DNA of 22,006 nucleotides from Candidatus Pacearchaeota archaeon. Lineage in GTDB: Archaea; Nanobdellota; Nanobdellia; Pacearchaeales; GW2011-AR1. Both the position numbers and the translations under genes were made by a program. Location of the stretch: NCBI GenBank assembly GCA_018303825.1, contig JAGVXK010000013.1, positions 1 to 22,006 of the forward strand. Reading direction: 5' to 3'. The notes below the pieces were generated by a model. It was given only the letters and a program-made list of their open reading frames with translations. It made no database searches and was not told the DNA's origin. Below are positions 17,275 to 22,006 of the stretch, piece by piece. Positions within the stretch are counted from its first letter, which is position 1. Each line of letters opens with the position of its first letter.

Positions 17275-18477
17275 ATGAAACTCGGACCAAATTTAAGAAA
17301 AAAATACACAAAATGCATTGAAATTGCCAGAAAATTCTCAGGATTAGTTGACAGGGCAATATGGCTGGCTCTTGACCCAAGTAAATTTAAAATGATAAGG
17401 AATAAAGAAATAGATAAAATCCTCGTAGTTCTTATAAATGAGCAAAAAGGAAATGTCGGCGGAGATTTTTGCCTTCTTGGAGTTTTAAATTATTTCAAAA
17501 AAGTTTATTCAAAAGTTGAAGTCGCAATTCTTGCAGATAAAAGTACAATAAAAACTTTCGGTTTCGTTCCGGGAATTGAAATGATTGAATATCAAGGAGT
17601 GGAAACTCTAAGAGACATAAGAGGAGAGCATTTCAAAGCAGCCCTGTTCATCAACCAGGGTCCGGTAAAAATAAAACAATTCCTTTTCATCCCATACAGA
17701 ATATCTTTATTTTACTACAGTTTCAGGGATTTCCTAAGCTTAAAGACAAAATTGTTCATTACAAGAAGGCCGTTTATCAAATGGGGAACCCACATGGTTG
17801 AAATGGAATTTAAGATGTTTGAAGCTTTGGGTTTTAAATTCAAAAAGAAAAAAACCATCTTTTATCATTCAAAAGGAGAAGAAGACAAAGTAAATTCTTT
17901 CCTAAAAAGCAATAATGTAAGCAAAGGCAACAAAACGGGGAAGTTTATTGTTATTCATCCTGGAGGAAAATTTGTCGTTGAAGCTCTTGAAAGAAATAAA
18001 ATCGCTCCTCATCTCTGGAGTTTTGAAGGATATGCGGAAGTAGCAGATTATTTTTCAAAGAAAGAATATAAGATTATCATCACAGGAACAGGAAGTGAGT
18101 CTATTTTAGCAGAAAAAATAATAAAAGAATCAAAAAATAAAAAAGGTATCATCAACACTTGTGGCAAGCTCACAATTAGGGAAGTTGGCGCATTGTTGGA
18201 AAAGGCAAGATTTCTCATTGCAACTGATACAAGCATTGTTCATGTAGCCTATCAAGTCGGTGTTCCAATTGTTGAACTAATGGGTCCCTCTTATCCTAAA
18301 ATAGTCGGCGCCTGGCCGACAGACAGCAAAAAGCACAAAATCCTGTTCGACAATGGTCCTTGTGCATACAGCATGAAAAAGACAGAATGCCCAGAAGACA
18401 TTCCCTGCATGCAGAATATCTCTGTCAATGATGTGGAAAAAGCAGGCGATGAATTGTTGAGACTAAAATTCAAATAA
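17275..18477 (+). CDS. Glycosyltransferase family 9 (WaaC/WaaF heptosyltransferase-like)
   Basis: GGDF (catalytic Asp position), FIVIHPGG, INTCGKLTIREVGALLEKARFLIATDTSIVHVAYQVGVPIVELMGP, and a C-terminal C..C...C MQNISV motif. Confidence 0.85.
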   Translation: MKLGPNLRKKYTKCIEIARKFSGLVDRAIWLALDPSKFKMIRNKEIDKILVVLINEQKGNVGGDFCLLGVLNYFKKVYSKVEVAILADKSTIKTFGFVPGIEMIEYQGVETLRDIRGEHFKAALFINQGPVKIKQFLFIPYRISLFYYSFRDFLSLKTKLFITRRPFIKWGTHMVEMEFKMFEALGFKFKKKKTIFYHSKGEEDKVNSFLKSNNVSKGNKTGKFIVIHPGGKFVVEALERNKIAPHLWSFEGYAEVADYFSKKEYKIIITGTGSESILAEKIIKESKNKKGIINTCGKLTIREVGALLEKARFLIATDTSIVHVAYQVGVPIVELMGPSYPKIVGAWPTDSKKHKILFDNGPCAYSMKKTECPEDIPCMQNISVNDVEKAGDELLRLKFK

Positions 18478-18490
18478 TCTCCATCTCATC

Positions 18491-19336
18491 TTATCTCACA
18501 TTCATCCCAAAATATATCTTCCTAAATAATCCATTTAGTGTGCCAAAATATCTATAAGTCATGAATAGAAGCATGGGCAGGAAAAGAGAAAAATTGCCAT
18601 TTTTGTGGCATTTCTTGATTGATAAAGCAACAATCATAATTGGAGATAATAAAATTCCAAATAGAGGAACAAGATAATTTATTCCCTTTATCTCGATAAC
18701 TTTGTTTTGTATCGAAGCACCAATCCATCTGCTTTGCTTGAAAACTTCTTTTAGTGTTTCAGGATTTTTATGATAGCATACAGCATTCTTCACTCTTCTT
18801 GACATTATTCCATATTTGAAATAGAATGTTGCATCATCTCCATATCCATATTTAGGGTCAAAGCATCCCATCTTGAAGAATTCTTTTTTTTGTATAGCCC
18901 TAAAAATATATCCCTTATCCTGATAGCTGTAATCCTTAAAATGAGTTCCCCAGCATTTGCTCCATATATTTTCCTGATTTGAAGCTATCTGCCTTCCTTC
19001 TTCTGTTCCAATTATCTTTTCCTTAATTATAGGTTCAATCAAGTTTTTTATGTAATTTTTCTCAAAAGTCATATCAGCATCAACAAAAATCAGTATTTTC
19101 CCTCTGGCTTTTTTAGCTCCAAGATTTCTAGAAAATCCGGGCCCCCTATGTTCTCCCTTAATCAGCTTTACTTTCTTAAATCCCCAAATGATTTCCTTCG
19201 TTTTATCAATCGAACCATCATCAATAACTATAACCTCTTTATTTTTGTAGCTCTGTTTCTCCAGAGAGGAAAGACATTTACCAATATCTTCCTCTTCATT
19301 ATAAGCCGGGATAATTACACTTACTAATACTGCCAT
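18491..19336 (-). CDS. Glycosyltransferase family 2
   Basis: VSVIIPAYNEE, VIVIDDGS, RNLGAKKARG, IFVDAD (DxD). Confidence 0.92.
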   Translation of the reverse strand: MAVLVSVIIPAYNEEEDIGKCLSSLEKQSYKNKEVIVIDDGSIDKTKEIIWGFKKVKLIKGEHRGPGFSRNLGAKKARGKILIFVDADMTFEKNYIKNLIEPIIKEKIIGTEEGRQIASNQENIWSKCWGTHFKDYSYQDKGYIFRAIQKKEFFKMGCFDPKYGYGDDATFYFKYGIMSRRVKNAVCYHKNPETLKEVFKQSRWIGASIQNKVIEIKGINYLVPLFGILLSPIMIVALSIKKCHKNGNFSLFLPMLLFMTYRYFGTLNGLFRKIYFGMNVR

Positions 19337-19357
19337 TTTCTTTGTACAGACTAAAAG

Positions 19358-19365
19358 TATATAAA
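19358..19365. promoter_or_regulatory. Single TATA box centred between two divergent genes
   Basis: TATATAAA on plus and TTTATATA on minus; 22 nt from both ATG 19336 (-) and ATG 19387 (+). Confidence 0.6.
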
Positions 19366-19386
19366 TTGTTCTTTCTCGCTTTTAGG

Positions 19387-20007
19387 ATGAAAAAATTAAT
19401 CTTCGAATTCCTGCAAAGAATATTAAAAAAAGGCAATTTGCAGTTAAGAAAGATAAAACTGCGCTCTATGAATCAATTTCTAAAAGAAAATTATGGAAAA
19501 AAAGAACTGATAGGGATTGAAATTGGCATTCTTGCAGGAGAAAATTCCTTGGAAATGTTTGAAAATCTGAACATAAAGAAACTTTATCTCATAGACCCTT
19601 ATTCTTCTTACTCTGATTATAAAGAAACTGAAATGAATGCAAGAGGACAGAAATCATTGAACAAATATGAGCAGTCCGCAAGAAATAGATTGAAGAAATA
19701 TAACGACAAAATTGTCTGGGTCAAAAAGTTCTCCTCTGATGCCTGGAAGGACATAAAAGAAGAAGTTGATTTTGTATACATTGATGGGAATCATCAATAC
19801 GAATATGTAAAGAAAGACATTGAAACTTATTATCCTCTTGTGAAAAAAGGAGGAGTTTTTGGAGGCCATGATTACAATACCTATCTTCCAATGGAAAAAT
19901 CAATGCAGGACTATGGTGTTGTAGAAGCAGTCACGGAATTTCTAAGAAGATTAAAGCAAAAAAGAAAACTCTGGTTCTACGAGTCTGATTGGTGGATAGT
20001 TAAATAA
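19387..20007 (+). CDS. Class I SAM-dependent methyltransferase (Methyltransf_24-like)
   Basis: IEIG...GENS, LYLIDPY, VDFVYIDGNHQYEYVKKDI...KKGGVFGGHDY. Start placed at ATG 19387. Confidence 0.85.
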   Translation: MKKLIFEFLQRILKKGNLQLRKIKLRSMNQFLKENYGKKELIGIEIGILAGENSLEMFENLNIKKLYLIDPYSSYSDYKETEMNARGQKSLNKYEQSARNRLKKYNDKIVWVKKFSSDAWKDIKEEVDFVYIDGNHQYEYVKKDIETYYPLVKKGGVFGGHDYNTYLPMEKSMQDYGVVEAVTEFLRRLKQKRKLWFYESDWWIVK

Positions 20008-20100
20008 TTTCGGGATAATACAGATAAGTGATAGAGGTTGGGAATATTAAGTTGAAAGTGGAATGTTGACATACAAGTAAAAGTAGTTATAATAGATAAT

Positions 20101-21198
20101 TTGTATGAAAATGTATTTAAATCAACATTTCCTCAGACAATAGGTGGGGGAACAACCCACATTGTCAATCTTGGCAAAGCCCTTGTAAATTTAGGGAATG
20201 AAGTTCATATTATCAGTTCAAGGGCAGAAAAAGGCAAGGAAAATCAAAACGCGAGGAAATTTCCAAAAGGACTTTACATTCATCAGATAGGAATGATACA
20301 TAAGAAGTTTGAAGGTTCAGGAAAATTCTATTATTTATACAGAATTTTCTTTGAATTGGCTTTCCTTTTTGGAGCTTGGAAGAAAATAAAAGAAATAAAG
20401 CCTGATGTGATAGATACCCAAGCTCCGATAACAACTTCTCTTCCAGCATCACTTTCGGGAGTTCCATTTGTAATGACATGCCATGGAATTCATTCGTATG
20501 GTTTTGGAAAATTTTACAAAATGAAAGGAAAATTTAATTCAAAAAGAGCCAGGAAAATAATCTCTCAAGGCGATGAAACCGTTGATTTTTATGTCAAATT
20601 AGCTGGAGATAAAAAGAAGAAAGTAATAATTCCGAATTTAGTAGATACAGAATTCTGGGAATTCTCAAATGATAAAGATAACAAAAGAATTGCAACTGCA
20701 GCGAGATTTTCTAAGCAGAAAGCTCTCGATAAACTTGTTACAGCAATGAAATCTCTGTCGGATTATGAACTTCATCTAATAGGTGGAGGAGACATGGAAG
20801 AAGTAATAAAAAAAATTGCAGGAAAAAATGTTAAATTATTTGGTTTTCAACCACCTGAATTCTGTAAAAAAGAATATAAAAAAGCAAGATTCACCGTTCT
20901 TCCAAGCGAGTTTGAAGGACTCCCCTATTCAATATTAGAATCAATGTCTTCTGGAGTAATTCCAATTGTTACAAAAGTCGGAGACTTAAGATCACTCATT
21001 GTTGATGGAAAGAATGGTTTCTTCCTTAAAGATAATAATCCAAAAACAATTATAGAAACAATAAAAAAAGCTAGCAAAGCAAATCTAAAAAAGATAGGCA
21101 TTGAAGCAAGAAAAACAGTTGTTAATGGCTGGGGATTAGATAAGGTTGGAAGGATTTTCCTTAACATATACAAGCAAGCCTTAGAAGAAAAAGGTTAG
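20101..21198 (+). CDS. Glycosyltransferase family 4 (start codon uncertain)
   Basis: FP..IGGG..HIVNL, PFVMTCHG, IIPNLVD, ARFSKQKALD, VLPSEFEGLPYSILESMSSG (EX7E), IVDGKNGF. Confidence 0.85.
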   Translation: MYENVFKSTFPQTIGGGTTHIVNLGKALVNLGNEVHIISSRAEKGKENQNARKFPKGLYIHQIGMIHKKFEGSGKFYYLYRIFFELAFLFGAWKKIKEIKPDVIDTQAPITTSLPASLSGVPFVMTCHGIHSYGFGKFYKMKGKFNSKRARKIISQGDETVDFYVKLAGDKKKKVIIPNLVDTEFWEFSNDKDNKRIATAARFSKQKALDKLVTAMKSLSDYELHLIGGGDMEEVIKKIAGKNVKLFGFQPPEFCKKEYKKARFTVLPSEFEGLPYSILESMSSGVIPIVTKVGDLRSLIVDGKNGFFLKDNNPKTIIETIKKASKANLKKIGIEARKTVVNGWGLDKVGRIFLNIYKQALEEKG

Positions 21199-21313
21199 AT
21201 TTAATGTTAGACAGTTAGAAATTATTCCTGCGGTTTCTTCAACATAAGGTTTAGGAATGCTCCACATTGGAATGGACTTGCATGTCATGCATGGAGTGCG
21301 ACTTTCCCTTTAT

Positions 21314-21694
21314 CTATCCATTTTCAGGGTTCAAATAAAATCCTGTAGAATATCTCTGAAAAGTTAGGGCCCAGACAGGAATTTCTATTCTTTGTTCAGT
21401 AGATTTTTTAACATATCCTCTAGGATGATAATTCTCTCCGACAGCTCTAGCAATATCTTGAGCAAGGGCAATTCCCTTATCAACCGTTTGTTTGTCAACA
21501 TCACTAAGAAATAACAAATTAGCACTAATATGCCTGAAGTTGCGATCAGTTATACGATATTTCACGATTGTATCCGGTTCTCCACCATAGCCCAAACCAG
21601 CTCCATGGCTAGTCTCAACAATAATATCTATACTAAACGGAGGTCGAGGCAATTTTTTTATTTCCGCAAAAACTCTTCTGGCATGCTTATTCAT
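21314..21694 (-). CDS. Hypothetical protein
   Basis: 126-aa ORF with protein-like composition; CTTTTATA lies 22 nt from the ATG, with purine-rich sequence upstream. Confidence 0.6.
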   Translation of the reverse strand: MNKHARRVFAEIKKLPRPPFSIDIIVETSHGAGLGYGGEPDTIVKYRITDRNFRHISANLLFLSDVDKQTVDKGIALAQDIARAVGENYHPRGYVKKSTEQRIEIPVWALTFQRYSTGFYLNPENG

Positions 21695-21715
21695 AGAGAA
21701 TCGATTTTGTGGGAG

Positions 21716-21723
21716 TATAAAAG
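21716..21723 (-). promoter_or_regulatory. TATA box for the 21694 hypothetical gene
   Basis: AGAAAGG-CTTTTATA on the minus strand, 22 nt from the ATG. Confidence 0.5.
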
Positions 21724-22006
21724 CCTTTCTTCATTTTTTTGTTAGAATTAGTAACAACAATATATACAATACGATAGACTGGTGATTTGTTCGAGCTCAG
21801 TCCTTATGTTAATAGTGTACCCAATCTCTACTTCGCTTAGTTGTGAAAAATGTTCCTGCTAATTATTTCATTTAATTTAAAATGCATCTAATTTCTATTT
21901 TTTTTCGATTAAATATATATTCTATCGATGATTAATATTAATTATAACCCGTTGTGATTCAATAGTTTAAGCCACCAGGTGACATTTCTCTTATACCATT
22001 CAATTG

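Noticed and set aside
21175-21330. Minus-strand frame containing CxxC (PCMTCKSIPMW...)
   Set aside because: Interrupted by a stop after MDR, only about 35 codons from the next ATG, and overlapping the GT4 end; unsupported.
21724-22006. AT palindromes (AATATATATT, ATTAATATTAAT) and a possible gene end on the minus strand (..IREMSPGGLNY*)
   Set aside because: Palindromes are expected at this AT content, and the fragment is too short to assign.

Overview
An AT-rich archaeal cell-surface locus, most likely from a DPANN archaeon of the Pacearchaeota/Woesearchaeota type. That assignment is inferred from the S-layer type, TATA-box promoters and leaderless genes; there is no marker gene in the window. 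In order, the window holds: a vapBC toxin-antitoxin pair; an 894-aa S-layer protein with a roughly 150-nt structured 5' leader; a divergent winged-helix regulator behind a (TA)n inverted-repeat array; a roughly 990-aa Ig-repeat surface glycoprotein with about 80 N-glycosylation sequons; and a roughly 13-kb glycosylation cluster. The cluster contains a flippase, two SAM methyltransferases, two GT4, one GT2, one GT9 heptosyltransferase-like enzyme and an atypical GT-A protein coupled to an orphan gene. The most striking element is a gmm / extended-SDR / ColD-Gmd operon. In it, a His-type (ColD-like) C3-dehydratase is fused in frame to GDP-mannose 4,6-dehydratase, implying GDP-3,6-dideoxyhexose synthesis in an archaeon. 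The partner reductase is not clearly ColC/Fcl-like, so the product may not be colitose. Ten genes have a TATA-like 8-mer exactly 22 nt from the ATG, and one box sits exactly midway between two divergent genes. No rRNA, tRNA, CRISPR array or transposase was recognised.
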